From NCBI GenBank assembly GCA_963810175.1, contig CAWEMU010000053.1:85515-149514 (forward strand): 64,000 bases of DNA, given 5' to 3'. Position numbers and translations under genes: made by a program. A model generated the notes under the pieces. The model worked only from the letters and a program-made list of their open reading frames with translations, was not told the DNA's origin and made no database searches. Positions 42,008 to 52,449 of the stretch are shown here, piece by piece; the first letter of the stretch is position 1; every line of letters starts with the position of its first letter. Origin of the DNA: an uncultured beta proteobacterium (GTDB lineage: Bacteria; Pseudomonadota; Gammaproteobacteria; Burkholderiales; Rhodocyclaceae).

Positions 42008-42847
42008 TTACTTGCGGCGCGCCATGAACGCCAGGCGCTCGAAGAGATGGACGTCCTGCTCGTTCTTGAGCAGGGCGCCGTGCATGGGCGGGATCGCGTC
42101 CTTCGCCTCCTTGGCGCGCAGCGCCTCGGGCGGGATGTCCTCGGCCAGCAGGAGCTTCAGCCAGTCGAGCAGTTCGCTGGTCGACGGCTTCTTCTTGAGG
42201 CCGGGCACCTCGCGCAGGTCGAAGAAGACCTCCAGCGCCTCGCGCAGCAGGTCGCGCTTGAGGGCCGGGAAATGGACGTCGACGATGCGCGTCATCGTCT
42301 GCTTGTCGGGGAACCTGATGTAGTGGAAGAAGCAGCGGCGCAGGAAGGCGTCCGGCAACTCCTTTTCGTTGTTCGAGGTGATGATGATCAGTGGCCGGTG
42401 GCGCGCCTTGATCGTGCGATGGAGTTCGTAGCAGAAGAATTCCATGCGGTCGAGTTCGCGCAGCAGGTCGTTGGGGAACTCGATGTCGGCCTTGTCGATC
42501 TCGTCGATCAGGACCACCGGTCGCTGTTCGCACTCGAAGGCCTGCCAGAGGACGCCGGGAACAATGTAGTGGGCGATGTCCTCGACGCGCGGGTCGCCGA
42601 GCTGGGAGTCGCGCAGGCGCGAAACGGCATCGTATTCGTAGAGTCCCTGCTGCGCCTTGGTGGTCGATTTGATGTGCCACTGGAACAGCGGCATGGCGAG
42701 CGCGCGCGCGACCTCCTCGGCGAGCAGGGTCTTGCCGGTGCCCGGCTCGCCCTTGATCAGCAACGGGCGCTGCAGGACGTTGGCGGCATTGACGGCGAGG
42801 GTTAGGTCGCGGGTCGTGACGTAGGAGTCGGTACCTTCGAATTTCAC
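42008..42847 (-). CDS. MoxR family AAA+ ATPase
   Basis: GEPGTGKT, LIDEIDKADIEFPNDLL, ELPDAFLRRC. Confidence 0.92.
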   Translation of the reverse strand: MKFEGTDSYVTTRDLTLAVNAANVLQRPLLIKGEPGTGKTLLAEEVARALAMPLFQWHIKSTTKAQQGLYEYDAVSRLRDSQLGDPRVEDIAHYIVPGVLWQAFECEQRPVVLIDEIDKADIEFPNDLLRELDRMEFFCYELHRTIKARHRPLIIITSNNEKELPDAFLRRCFFHYIRFPDKQTMTRIVDVHFPALKRDLLREALEVFFDLREVPGLKKKPSTSELLDWLKLLLAEDIPPEALRAKEAKDAIPPMHGALLKNEQDVHLFERLAFMARRK

Positions 42848-42857
42848 TTTGGCATCC

Positions 42858-43289
42858 TCAAGATTGGCTGGCGCTGCGGTTGATCTGGTCGACGTAGGCC
42901 GCCGCATCCATGGGTCCGCCGGTGCGCTGGGCGCGCCAGATGGTCTCGCCCAGGCATTCGACGAGGACATGTTCGGCGGCGTGGGGATCCATTTTCGCGC
43001 GCAGGCGGTTGAACGCCGCGCGGATTCCCGGCGGCTGGTCGATGCTGACCTGCTCGTGGATGGCGAGGTGCAGCGAAAGATGGAGAAAGGGGTTCATCTG
43101 TCCGCCTTCGGGCGTCCATTCCTTTTCCAGCGCGCCGGCACTGTCGGCGAGCAGGGCGTGATACTCGGGATGGCGCGCGGCGATGTCGGCGGCGGTGACT
43201 TCGGCGCCGACCAGCGGCAGGCGTTCCTGGTGTTTCTTCCAGGCGGCGCAGAAAAACTGGCGAACCTGATCGCGGGACGGACTAAACAT
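42858..43289 (-). CDS. DUF1841 family protein
   Basis: HPEYH, NPFLHLSLHLAIHEQVSIDQP. Confidence 0.88.
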   Translation of the reverse strand: MFSPSRDQVRQFFCAAWKKHQERLPLVGAEVTAADIAARHPEYHALLADSAGALEKEWTPEGGQMNPFLHLSLHLAIHEQVSIDQPPGIRAAFNRLRAKMDPHAAEHVLVECLGETIWRAQRTGGPMDAAAYVDQINRSASQS

Positions 43290-44330
43290 GGGCGCTTTCG
43301 CAAAGCAGGGTGACGACGGTGTTCTGGAACAGGCGGTTGCCGTTGCCGGCGGGGGCGATCTGGCCGCTGCCGTAGGCGCCGACCAGCGGGACGCCGGGGA
43401 AGATCTCGCGGAAGGCGAGCAGGTCGCGGTCGTCGTTCCCGTAGAACAGCGGGCCGCGGCCGAGGCAGGAAAACATCAGCGCGAAATCCGGCCTGTTTTC
43501 GGGGTCAACCGCGCTGCGCAGCAAGTCCCCTTGGGGGACGGCAAGCAGCGACTGCCGCATGTCCTGTTCGGCGCTCAACGGCTGGCGGATGGCCCAGCAT
43601 ACCTGTTCGTCGATCGCCAGCGCTTCGGCGAGGGTCAGCGAGCCGTCGGCGTTGGCCGCGAGGATGGGGACGGCGGGAGTTCCGGCTGGCGCGCCACGAC
43701 GATCTGGTGCAGCGGCGGCTCGGCGCGCAATTCGGCGGGCAGGCTGCGCTGCAGACTGTCGATCGCGGGAAGGCCGCCAACCTCGCACAGATCGTAGCCG
43801 GCGACGGCATTGACCGCGAGCGGCAGGCCCAGCGTGCGCAGGCCTGGCGAGCAGGCGACCCGGCAATGGATCCCGGCCAGCAGCAGTTCGGCCCCGGCTT
43901 CGCCGGCCATCCGTCCGTGCGACCAGGTCACGGCCCCGGCATCGAGCAGCCCGGCGCGTTCGGGCAGCGCCTGCCAGTCGCGGGGCAGGGCATGGTGGCC
44001 GGAGAACGAGAGCAGGGGTCGGTGCGGCAGGCCGATATCGCCTGGCACTGTGTCGGCAATGACCAGCGCCGCCGCTCCCGGCTGGTCGAGCAGCCAGCCC
44101 TGTTCAGTCAGCAGCCCGTAGGCGGTGCACCCGCTGACCTGCAGTGTGCCGGCGGCGCGGGCGGCGGCGACGATCGCAGGTTGCGCGTGGCGAACGTAGT
44201 CGCGGGTGAGAAACAGCAGGACGCTGTCGGCGCGCTCGAGGCCGGCCGCCTGCAGTGCCTCGCGGACGGCCCCGGCGGCCAGATCCGCCGTCGGATGCGG
44301 GCCGCTGGCCAGGCCGCTGGCGACCTTCAT
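43282..44330 (-). CDS. FIST domain protein, frameshift near 43680
   Basis: N-terminal FIST (SGCTAYG) and FIST_C FSCLGRG, G.YG.GQI. Confidence 0.8.
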
Positions 44331-44959
44331 GCCGCCTTGCCCTCGAAGCGGCAAAGGTCGGCGACGACGCAGCGGCCGCATTCGGGCTTGCGCGCCTTGC
44401 ACACGTAGCGGCCGTGCAGGATCAGCCAGTGATGGGCATCCTTCGCGAACTGCGGCGGGGTGACCTTGAGCAGCTTCTGTTCGACGTCGAGCGGGGTCTT
44501 GCCGGGAGCGAGGCCGGTCCGGTTGCCGACGCGGAAAATGTGGGTGTCGACGGCAATGGTGGGGTGGCCGAAGGCCGTGTTGAGCACGACGTTGGCGGTC
44601 TTGCGCCCGACGCCGGGCAGCGCCTCAAGCGCCGCCCGGTTCTCGGGGACCGCGCCGCCATGCCGCTCGACCAGAAGGCGGCAGGTGGCGATGACGTTCC
44701 TCGCCTTGGTGCGGAACAGGCCGATGGTCCTGATGTATTCGGCAAGGCCTTCCTCGCCGAGAGCCAGCATCGCCTCCGGGGTCGGGGCGGCCGTAAAGAG
44801 CCGCGCCGTCGCCTTGTTGACCCCGACATCCGTCGCCTGCGCCGAGAGGATGACGGCGACCAGCAACTGGAACGGCGTCGCGTATTCCAGTTCGGTGGTC
44901 GGCGCCGGGTTGGTTGCCGCCAGGCGGGCATAGAATTCGGCGATCTGGGTCTTGTTCAC
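44327..44959 (-). CDS. nth: Endonuclease III
   Basis: LSAQATD, LPGVGRKTANVVL, VDTHIFRV, CKARKPECGRCVVADLC. Confidence 0.97.
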   Translation of the reverse strand: MNKTQIAEFYARLAATNPAPTTELEYATPFQLLVAVILSAQATDVGVNKATARLFTAAPTPEAMLALGEEGLAEYIRTIGLFRTKARNVIATCRLLVERHGGAVPENRAALEALPGVGRKTANVVLNTAFGHPTIAVDTHIFRVGNRTGLAPGKTPLDVEQKLLKVTPPQFAKDAHHWLILHGRYVCKARKPECGRCVVADLCRFEGKAA

Positions 44960-45125
44960 GGGGCAGGCAGTGCGGGTAATCGTTTGAGGCGGCCGGATCG
45001 GCATCGTCTCACGGTGCCCGATTCTACCTGACGCGCAAACTTCGCGTCTGGTCGGCGCGAGAGGGGAATGGCGTCGCCATCCACATGACTGCATTGCCCG
45101 GCGAATTCAGCGAACGTCGGCCATG

Positions 45126-46206
45126 CTACCCGAGCAGCGCCACCGACTTGATCTGCGCGTAAAGCGCGAGGCCCGGGCGGATGTCGAGGCGGTGGGCCGA
45201 GCGTTTCGTGATGCGGGCGAGCAGCGGGTTGCCGGCGACGTCGAGGCGGACCATGACGTGGCCCGGGGTGGCGGTGGCTGCCAGGTCGACGACGCGCGCA
45301 TCGACGCAGTTGAGGATGCTGGCCTGAGTTTGCGGGGCCAGCGCCAGGCTGACGTCGCGGGCGTGGATGCGGCAGCGGAGCGTCGTTCCGACCGGCTCGC
45401 CGCGGCGCGAGACATGGATGTGGCCACCGGGGAATTCGAGCCGGGTCAGTTCGTCCTCCTCGTGTTCGGCGACGACGGTTTCGATGACGACGCCGGCATC
45501 GTCGGCGAAGGCGGTAGGCAGGTCGATACGCCCCAGCACATCGTTGAGCGGCCCGCTGGCGATGGCCATGCCGTGGTCGAGGAGGACGATGTGATCGGCG
45601 AGGCGGGCAACCTCGTCGTGGGCGTGGCTGACGTAAATGAGCGGGATGGCCAGTTCGCGGTGCAGGCGTTCCAGATAGGGCAGGACTTCCCGCTTGCGTG
45701 CGAGGTCAAGTCCGGCCAGCGGCTCGTCCATCAGCAGGATCCGTGGCGCGGCGAGCAGGGCGCGGGCAATGGCGACGCGCTGACGCTCGCCGCCGGACAA
45801 CTGGCCGGGCATGCGTTCGAGCAGGTGCGCAATGCCGAGCATCCCGGCGACATCCGGCAGCGCAAAACCGTCGGTTGCGGTCGACACCCGTTTTTGGCCA
45901 AATTCCATGTTGCCGCGCACCGAAAGATGGGGAAAGAGGCTGGCTTCCTGGAACACCATGCCGAGGTTGCGGCGGTGTGTCCTTACGAAAAGTCCCCTGG
46001 ACTCGTCCTGCCAGACCGTGTCGCCAATGGCGAACAGGCCGTCCGCGGCGCGCTCGAGGCCGGCCATGGCGCGCAGGCAGGTCGTCTTGCCCGAGCCGGA
46101 CGGGCCGAACAGCGCCGTGACGCCGCTCCCGGGCAGGGTCAGGTCGACCGCGAGCGTGAAGTCCCTGCGGTCGACGCCGGAAGCGGGCGCGTATTTCGGA
46201 ACTCAT
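45126..46206 (-). CDS. modC: Molybdate ABC transporter ATPase, frameshifted near the 5' end
   Basis: GPSGSGKTT region, [24 protein letters not shown]-terminal TOBE (AQIKSV). Confidence 0.92.
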
Positions 46207-46877
46207 GCCAACTTTTTTCGTGCCGGGTTGAAGGTGTAGAGCGCCAGCAGGACGACGAAGCTGAACAGCAGCATGCCGGCGGAGAGCCAGTGCGCCTGCG
46301 TGTATTCGAGCGCTTCGACATGGTCGTAGATCTGAACCGAAACGACCCGCGTCTGCTCCGGGATGTTGCCGCCGATCATCAGCACGACGCCAAACTCGCC
46401 GACCGTATGGGCGAAGCCAAGGATCGCGCCGCTGATGAAACCGGGCCGGGCGAGCGGCACGGCGACCGACCAGAAGGCATCCCACGGGCTGGCGCGCAGC
46501 GTGGCCGCGGCTTCCAGCGGGCGCTCGCCGATCGCCTCGAAGGCGTTCTGGATCGGCTGGACGACGAAGGGCAGGGAGTAGAACACCGAGGCGATAACGA
46601 GCCCGGGAAAGGTGAACGGCAGCAGGCCGAGACCGAGGGTTTCGGTCAGCCGCCCGACCGGGCCGTTCGGCCCCATGGTGATGAGCAGGTAGAAGCCGAT
46701 GACCGTCGGCGGCAGCACCAGCGGCAGCGCGACCACGGCGCCGACGATGCCCTTGAGGCGCGAGCGGGTGCGCGCCAGCCACCAGGCGATCGGCGTACCG
46801 ACCAGCAACAGCAGCGCGGTGACGATGGTGGCCAGTTTCAGGGTCAGCCAGACGGCGGCGAGGTCGCTGCTTTCCAC
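46203..46877 (-). CDS. modB: Molybdate ABC transporter permease
   Basis: [40 protein letters not shown]. Confidence 0.95.
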   Translation of the reverse strand: MESSDLAAVWLTLKLATIVTALLLLVGTPIAWWLARTRSRLKGIVGAVVALPLVLPPTVIGFYLLITMGPNGPVGRLTETLGLGLLPFTFPGLVIASVFYSLPFVVQPIQNAFEAIGERPLEAAATLRASPWDAFWSVAVPLARPGFISGAILGFAHTVGEFGVVLMIGGNIPEQTRVVSVQIYDHVEALEYTQAHWLSAGMLLFSFVVLLALYTFNPARKKLA

Positions 46878-46881
46878 GGTG

Positions 46882-47646
46882 CTACTGGACTGGACTGGCG
46901 GGCACCGAGAACCCGTAACGGCCCATGATCTGGCGGACATCGGCATCGGCAAAGAAGTCGGCAAAGGCCCGGGCCAGGGTCTTGCCGTCAGCGCGCTTGA
47001 TGATCACGAATCCCTGGCGCAGCGGCTGGTGCAAGTCGGCCGGGATCAGTGTGTAGCTGCCCTTCCCGGCAAATGCCGGGGCCAGCGCCAGCGACAGGGC
47101 GATGATGCCGGCGTCGGCGTTGCCCGTCTGCACGAACTGGGCGGTCTGGGCAATGTTCTCGCCATGGACCAGACGGCTTTCCACGGCATCCCAGATGTGC
47201 ACCGCCTTGAGCGCCTCGACCGCGCGCATCCCGTAGGGGGCATGCTTCGGGTTGGCGATGGCGATGCGCCGGATCTCGGGTCGCGCAAGGTCGTCCAGCG
47301 CCAGCGGCGGGGCGTCGCGGCCCGGGCGCCAGACGACGATGCGGCCCACGGCATAGGGGCGGACGTCGGGGCCGGCGAGGCCCGCCTTGACAAGTTTCTC
47401 GGGAAGCTCGATGTCCGCCGAGAAGAAGAGGTCGAAGGGCGCGCCGTTGCGGATCTGGGCGTAGAACTTTCCCGACGATCCGTAGCTGACGTCGACGCCG
47501 GCGCCGGGATGGGCTTTCCTGAAAAGGCTGACGATCTCGTCCATCGCGAAGCGCAGGTCGGCTGCGGCGGCGACGTGGATCTGCTCCGCGCGCAACGGCG
47601 CGGCGACGAGCAGGAGGGCGAAGGCGAGGGAACGGACGAAGGCCAT
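46882..47646 (-). CDS. modA: Molybdate-binding periplasmic protein
   Basis: [34 protein letters not shown]. Confidence 0.95.
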   Translation of the reverse strand: MAFVRSLAFALLLVAAPLRAEQIHVAAAADLRFAMDEIVSLFRKAHPGAGVDVSYGSSGKFYAQIRNGAPFDLFFSADIELPEKLVKAGLAGPDVRPYAVGRIVVWRPGRDAPPLALDDLARPEIRRIAIANPKHAPYGMRAVEALKAVHIWDAVESRLVHGENIAQTAQFVQTGNADAGIIALSLALAPAFAGKGSYTLIPADLHQPLRQGFVIIKRADGKTLARAFADFFADADVRQIMGRYGFSVPASPVQ

Positions 47647-47886
47647 GGCGTGCGCGTCTTATACCACCGGCAGCACAAAGGGCAAAGCCGGCATGCCACT
47701 CTCGCGCAAACCTTGCGAAGGCGGATGACGTTCAGCGGGCGGGGCTCGTCACCTCGACGGCTGGCGTCGCCTCGACCGAACCCGCGGCGGCTGCCGGACC
47801 CGGCCGGCCTGACGTGACAGCACCCGTCGAGCCGCGCTGGCGGGAGTATTGGCCGTGGCGCGAGACCCTCGCCGGTTCAGCCGGGA

Positions 47887-49560
47887 CTAGAACCGCATTT
47901 GCAGGTGCAGCAGCAGGTAGGCGACGACGATGACCGTCACCAGCGATCCGGCGACCAGCAGGACACCGAACCTCGCGAACGACGCCGAGGTGTAGCCGCC
48001 GGGCTGCATGACCATCAGGTTCGACTGGTGGCTGAACGGGTTGATGAAGGTGAACGAGATGCAGGTCCCGATCAGCGCCAGGAGCGTCACCGGGTTGATG
48101 CCGAGTTCGTTGGCTATGCCGATCGCCACCGGGGTAAGGATGGACGCGGCTGCCGCATTGGTGACGAGGTTGGTCACGAGCGCCGTCGTCACCGCGAAGA
48201 CGATGACGACGAGCAGCACGCTACCTCCCGCGAGGTGCCTGATTGCGCCGGCGAGCACTGTGGCGAGGCCGCTCTCGACGACGATTGCGCCGAGCGCCAC
48301 CGACCCGACGAGGATGAACAACACGTTCCAGTCGAGAGCCCGCACGGCGGACTTCGGCGTCAGGATGCCGGTGATCACCATGAGCACGGCCCCGGTCAAT
48401 GACGCCAGCTCCACCGCAACCAGGCCGAAGGACGCCGAGACGATGACGGCGACCAGGATGGCGAGAGCGAACGCGGTCTTGGCCGGTTGCGGGCTCACCC
48501 CTGCGGCTTTCTCGAAAATCGCCACCTCCGGTTGGTCAACGAGCAGTGACTTGCTCGGCGCGGTCACGAAGGCGGTTGCGCCCGGGCGCACCTCGCTGTC
48601 ACGCAGGGGGCCTGTGGTCCTTGCCGCGATGACGCGGATGCCTCCGTCGGTCTCGAAATCGCGCACCGTCCCGTTGGCGCCCGAGCCGACGGAAACCCGG
48701 TAGAGGCGCTGTTCGGCCAGGCCGAAGAGCGGGCTGCCCCACAAGGCGGTCACGCCGCTTTCGGTCGCCGAGAAGACCAGGATGTCGCCGGCCTCGATCG
48801 GGGCGGACGGATCAAGGTCGGCATCCCAACGCCGGATCGCATCAAGGGCGTACTGCTGAGTCTGATCGATCCCGAAATCCGCAGCTACACGGCCAATCGC
48901 CAGCGCCTTTCCGGAAACGGGGATCTCGACCCGCCAGTCCCGGGTCGCCGCTTCCGTCTCCCCCTGACCGCGCAGCATCAGCGGCGCCGTGAAATACACG
49001 ATCACCGCGCCGACGATGGCGACCGGCAACGCCACCGGGGCGAACGACAGCATATTCATGTCGATGCCCGCTGGCGCGGCGATGCCGGCGATCAGCAGGT
49101 TCGAGCTGGTGCCGATCAGCGTTACCGAGCCGGCCAGAGTCGTGATGTGCGCGATGGGCAGCAGCAACTCCCGGGCGTTGATGCCGCGGTTCTGCTCCAG
49201 TTCCTTGGCCGCCGGAACGAGCATGGCGACGATCGGGGTGGTGTTCATCAGGCCGGAGCCGACACCGATGGGCAGCGCGAGGCGCCGCAAGGCCTGCTGG
49301 GCGCTGGTGACGGTCGACAGCAGCGCCCAGGTGACCCGGCTCACCGCGCCGGTATGGACGATGCCCTTGGCGATGACGAGCATCGCCGCGACGGTGATGA
49401 TGCCGCCGTTGCTCAATCCGGCGAAGAGCGCCGGCACCGGGGCCAAGCCGGTGACGCCCGCGACGCAGATCGCCGTGGCCAGTGCGAGAACCGCAGGAAC
49501 CCGCCCCGACGCCATGGCGACGAGGGTTGCGAGCACGACCAAAGCAGCGAAATAGATCAC
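47887..49560 (-). CDS. SLC13/DASS family permease with central TrkA-C-like region
   Basis: SGLMNTTP, TLIGTSSNLL, TNLVTNAAAA, PFSHQSNLMV..PGGY. Confidence 0.88.
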   Translation of the reverse strand: MIYFAALVVLATLVAMASGRVPAVLALATAICVAGVTGLAPVPALFAGLSNGGIITVAAMLVIAKGIVHTGAVSRVTWALLSTVTSAQQALRRLALPIGVGSGLMNTTPIVAMLVPAAKELEQNRGINARELLLPIAHITTLAGSVTLIGTSSNLLIAGIAAPAGIDMNMLSFAPVALPVAIVGAVIVYFTAPLMLRGQGETEAATRDWRVEIPVSGKALAIGRVAADFGIDQTQQYALDAIRRWDADLDPSAPIEAGDILVFSATESGVTALWGSPLFGLAEQRLYRVSVGSGANGTVRDFETDGGIRVIAARTTGPLRDSEVRPGATAFVTAPSKSLLVDQPEVAIFEKAAGVSPQPAKTAFALAILVAVIVSASFGLVAVELASLTGAVLMVITGILTPKSAVRALDWNVLFILVGSVALGAIVVESGLATVLAGAIRHLAGGSVLLVVIVFAVTTALVTNLVTNAAAASILTPVAIGIANELGINPVTLLALIGTCISFTFINPFSHQSNLMVMQPGGYTSASFARFGVLLVAGSLVTVIVVAYLLLHLQMRF

Positions 49561-49890
49561 GTGATGACTCCTTCCTGAGGGACGCCAGGCAGTCCCCTGA
49601 TGGCTACTGTTCTTCCCAACCTAGATTCCACTTCACTTCCGGGCAGCCAGGCGTGGTTGCCCGCTTCCGGGTCTCGATGACCCGTGCTTGCCCCTTTCGC
49701 CGCGGCGGATGGATCTCTTCCAAGGCATTCGTCCATGCCCGCTTCAGCAAGTCCAGACCCGGGAATCATACAGAATTTTCTGGCGATTTGAACCATCACC
49801 CGGCTGGCGCCTGGAAATGAGGTCACTGCGGATCCGCGCGGCTGTCCGCTTGAGCTGCCTTCAATGACCTTGTTGCGCGACGCGAGGAAA

Positions 49891-51051
49891 TCAGGTCGAG
49901 TCGATCTGATCCCGGCGAATCTGCCCGATTGTCGTGACGCCTGAAAGCGCCATGGCGACCTCGAGTTCCTTCTTGAAGGTGGCGAGCAGGTCGGCGATGG
50001 CTGCCTCGCCCCCGGCAGCCAGCGCCCAGGCCCAGGGACGGCCGATCATCACGCCCCTGGCGCCGAGGGCGACGGCCTTGAAGACGTCCAGCCCGCTGCG
50101 CACACCGCCATCGACGTACACTTCCATGCGCTCACCGACTGCGGCGACGACCCCCGGCAGTTTGGCGATCGAGGAATGCACGCTGTCGAGCTGGCGCGCG
50201 CCATGGTTCGAGACGACCAGGCCATCGGCGCCGACTTCCGTGGCGGCGATTGCGTCGTCCGCTTCCTGGATGCCCTTGAGGATCAGCTTGCCTTTCCAGA
50301 TGCCACGCAGCCACTCGATATCCTTCCATGTCACCGACGTGTCGAACTGGGCGTCAATCCAGGTGCGGTAGGCCTTGAGGTCGGTCGGGTCGGGAACCAG
50401 GTCGGCGAGATTGCCGAAGCTGTGCGGCTTGCCGCGTACCCCGACGTCGTAGATCCAGCCCGGCCGGGTGCCGAGCTGCCAGGCCTTGCCGAGCTTGCCG
50501 CGGAGCGAGTTGTCGAGCATGCCGTTGCGGGTGTCGCGGTGGCGCATGCCGGCCACCGGCAGGTCGACGGTAAAGACCAGCGTCGTGCAGCCGACGCCCA
50601 TCGCCCGCTCGAGCAGATTCCGGACGGTGACCCGATCGCGGATCATGTAGAGCTGGAACCAGAAGGGCTTGCTCGCCGCCGCCCGCACCTCGTCGAGCGG
50701 GCAGATGCCCACGGTTAACAGCGTAAACGGCACGTTTTTCGCGTTGGCCGCGCGCACCGTCTGCACCTCGCCGCGCCGGGCGTAGAGGCCCGCCATGCCG
50801 ACCGGCGCCAGGATGACCGGCATGTCCGCCGGCTCGCCGGCGAGCATCGTCGAGGTGTCGATGTTCGAGACGTCTTTCAATACCCGCTGCCTGATGCGGA
50901 TCTTCTGGAAGTCGCCGACGTTGTTGGCCAGTGTGATCTCGTCATTGGCGCCGCCTTCGATGTAATCGAACAGGAAGCGGGGCAGGCGCTTTTCGGCGAG
51001 GCGGCGGTAGTCCAGCGTGGTCGCCGGCAGAATGTTCAGGGTGTGGCCCAT
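49891..51051 (-). CDS. lldD: FMN-dependent L-2-hydroxyacid (L-lactate) dehydrogenase
   Basis: FDYIEGGA, WFQLY, TVDLP..G.R.RD, VSNHGARQLD, DGGVRSG. Confidence 0.88.
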   Translation of the reverse strand: MGHTLNILPATTLDYRRLAEKRLPRFLFDYIEGGANDEITLANNVGDFQKIRIRQRVLKDVSNIDTSTMLAGEPADMPVILAPVGMAGLYARRGEVQTVRAANAKNVPFTLLTVGICPLDEVRAAASKPFWFQLYMIRDRVTVRNLLERAMGVGCTTLVFTVDLPVAGMRHRDTRNGMLDNSLRGKLGKAWQLGTRPGWIYDVGVRGKPHSFGNLADLVPDPTDLKAYRTWIDAQFDTSVTWKDIEWLRGIWKGKLILKGIQEADDAIAATEVGADGLVVSNHGARQLDSVHSSIAKLPGVVAAVGERMEVYVDGGVRSGLDVFKAVALGARGVMIGRPWAWALAAGGEAAIADLLATFKKELEVAMALSGVTTIGQIRRDQIDST

Positions 51052-51061
51052 GACGACTCCT

Positions 51062-52438
51062 TCAGAGGATCTTGCCGGGATTGAGAATGCCCCTCGGGTC
51101 GAGTGCCGCCTTCAGGGTGCGCATCAGCGCGATCTCGGTTTCGCTGCGACTGACCTTCAGGTAGGCCTTCTTCTCCAGGCCGATGCCGTGCTCGGCCGAT
51201 ACCGAGCCGCGGAAGGCGGCAAGCGGCGAATAGACCAGCGCCTCGATCTTCGGCCGTGACGCCATGTAGTCCTGCGGTCTGACCTGGACGATCACATGCA
51301 GGTTGCCATCGCCGAGGTGCCCGAAGATCCACAGCCTGTGTTCGCCGATCGCGCCGGGCAGCGCCGCGCGGAGATTGTCGGCGAAGTTCTCCATTTCGCT
51401 GATTGGCAGCGAGATGTCGAACACCACCGGCAGCCCGCCGCGCATGACCTGTTCGACGTCGTCGCGCAGAGACCAGAAGGCATGACAGTCGGCATCCGAT
51501 TGCGAGATGGCCGCGTCGACGATCAGGCCGGATTCGAGCGCCGATTCCATCGCGCTGTCGAAGCGCCGGGTATCCAGTTCGCGATCCGCGCCCTGGCTCT
51601 CGACCAGCACGTAGTAGGGGTAATCCTGGGCGATCGGCGGCTGCCCCTTGGCCGGCGCCGTCGTGACCAGGCGGTAGAAGGACTGCCACATGACCTCGAA
51701 GGCCGAGAGGGTGCCGCCCAGGGTGCGATCCATGTGCTTGAGGAAACCGGCGACGGCAGCGAAACTGTCGAGTCCGACAAAGGCCATGTTGGTCGTCGTC
51801 GGCTTTTCCCGCAGGCGCAGGACCAGGCGGGTGATGATGCCGAGCGTTCCCTCGGAGCCGATGAACAGGTGCTTGAGGTCGTAACCGGCGTTATTCTTGA
51901 TCAGGTGGTTGAGCGACGAGACGATGGTGCCGTCGGCCATGACCACCTCGATGCCGAGCACCATTTCGCGGGTCATGCCGTAGCGGATCACCCGGTTGCC
52001 GCCGGCGTTGGTCGCCGCGTTGCCGCCCAGGGTGGCCGAACCGCGTGCGCCGAGGTCGAGCGGGAAGGCCAGGTCGTGCCGTTCGACGGCTTCCTGCAGC
52101 GTCTGCAGCACTACGCCGGCCTGCACGGTTGCTGTCCGCTGGACCGGGTCGATGTCCTCGATGGCGCGCATGCGCTCGAGCGACAGGATGATTTCATCCG
52201 GTTTGGCGTCGCCGCCATGCACCAGGCCGGTCAGGCCGCCGTGCGTCACGACGCCGACGTTGTTCTCGAAACACCAGCGCATCACCTGCGAAACTTCATC
52301 GGTGCTCGCCGGGCGCACCAGCGCGGCGGCCTTGAGGTTGTCCGGGCGCAGGTAGCCGGCGGAACGGGTGGCGACATCGGCAGCATCGAGGATGCCGCTC
52401 TCGCCGACGATTTGCCGCAACGACTCGGTCAGGTTCAT
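51062..52438 (-). CDS. FAD-linked D-2-hydroxyacid dehydrogenase (GlcD/D2HGDH family)
   Basis: GGLTGLVHG, KNNAGYDLK.LFIGSEGTLG, FGHLGDGNLH, SAEHGIG. Confidence 0.9.
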   Translation of the reverse strand: MNLTESLRQIVGESGILDAADVATRSAGYLRPDNLKAAALVRPASTDEVSQVMRWCFENNVGVVTHGGLTGLVHGGDAKPDEIILSLERMRAIEDIDPVQRTATVQAGVVLQTLQEAVERHDLAFPLDLGARGSATLGGNAATNAGGNRVIRYGMTREMVLGIEVVMADGTIVSSLNHLIKNNAGYDLKHLFIGSEGTLGIITRLVLRLREKPTTTNMAFVGLDSFAAVAGFLKHMDRTLGGTLSAFEVMWQSFYRLVTTAPAKGQPPIAQDYPYYVLVESQGADRELDTRRFDSAMESALESGLIVDAAISQSDADCHAFWSLRDDVEQVMRGGLPVVFDISLPISEMENFADNLRAALPGAIGEHRLWIFGHLGDGNLHVIVQVRPQDYMASRPKIEALVYSPLAAFRGSVSAEHGIGLEKKAYLKVSRSETEIALMRTLKAALDPRGILNPGKIL

Positions 52439-52449
52439 GGCGATCTCCG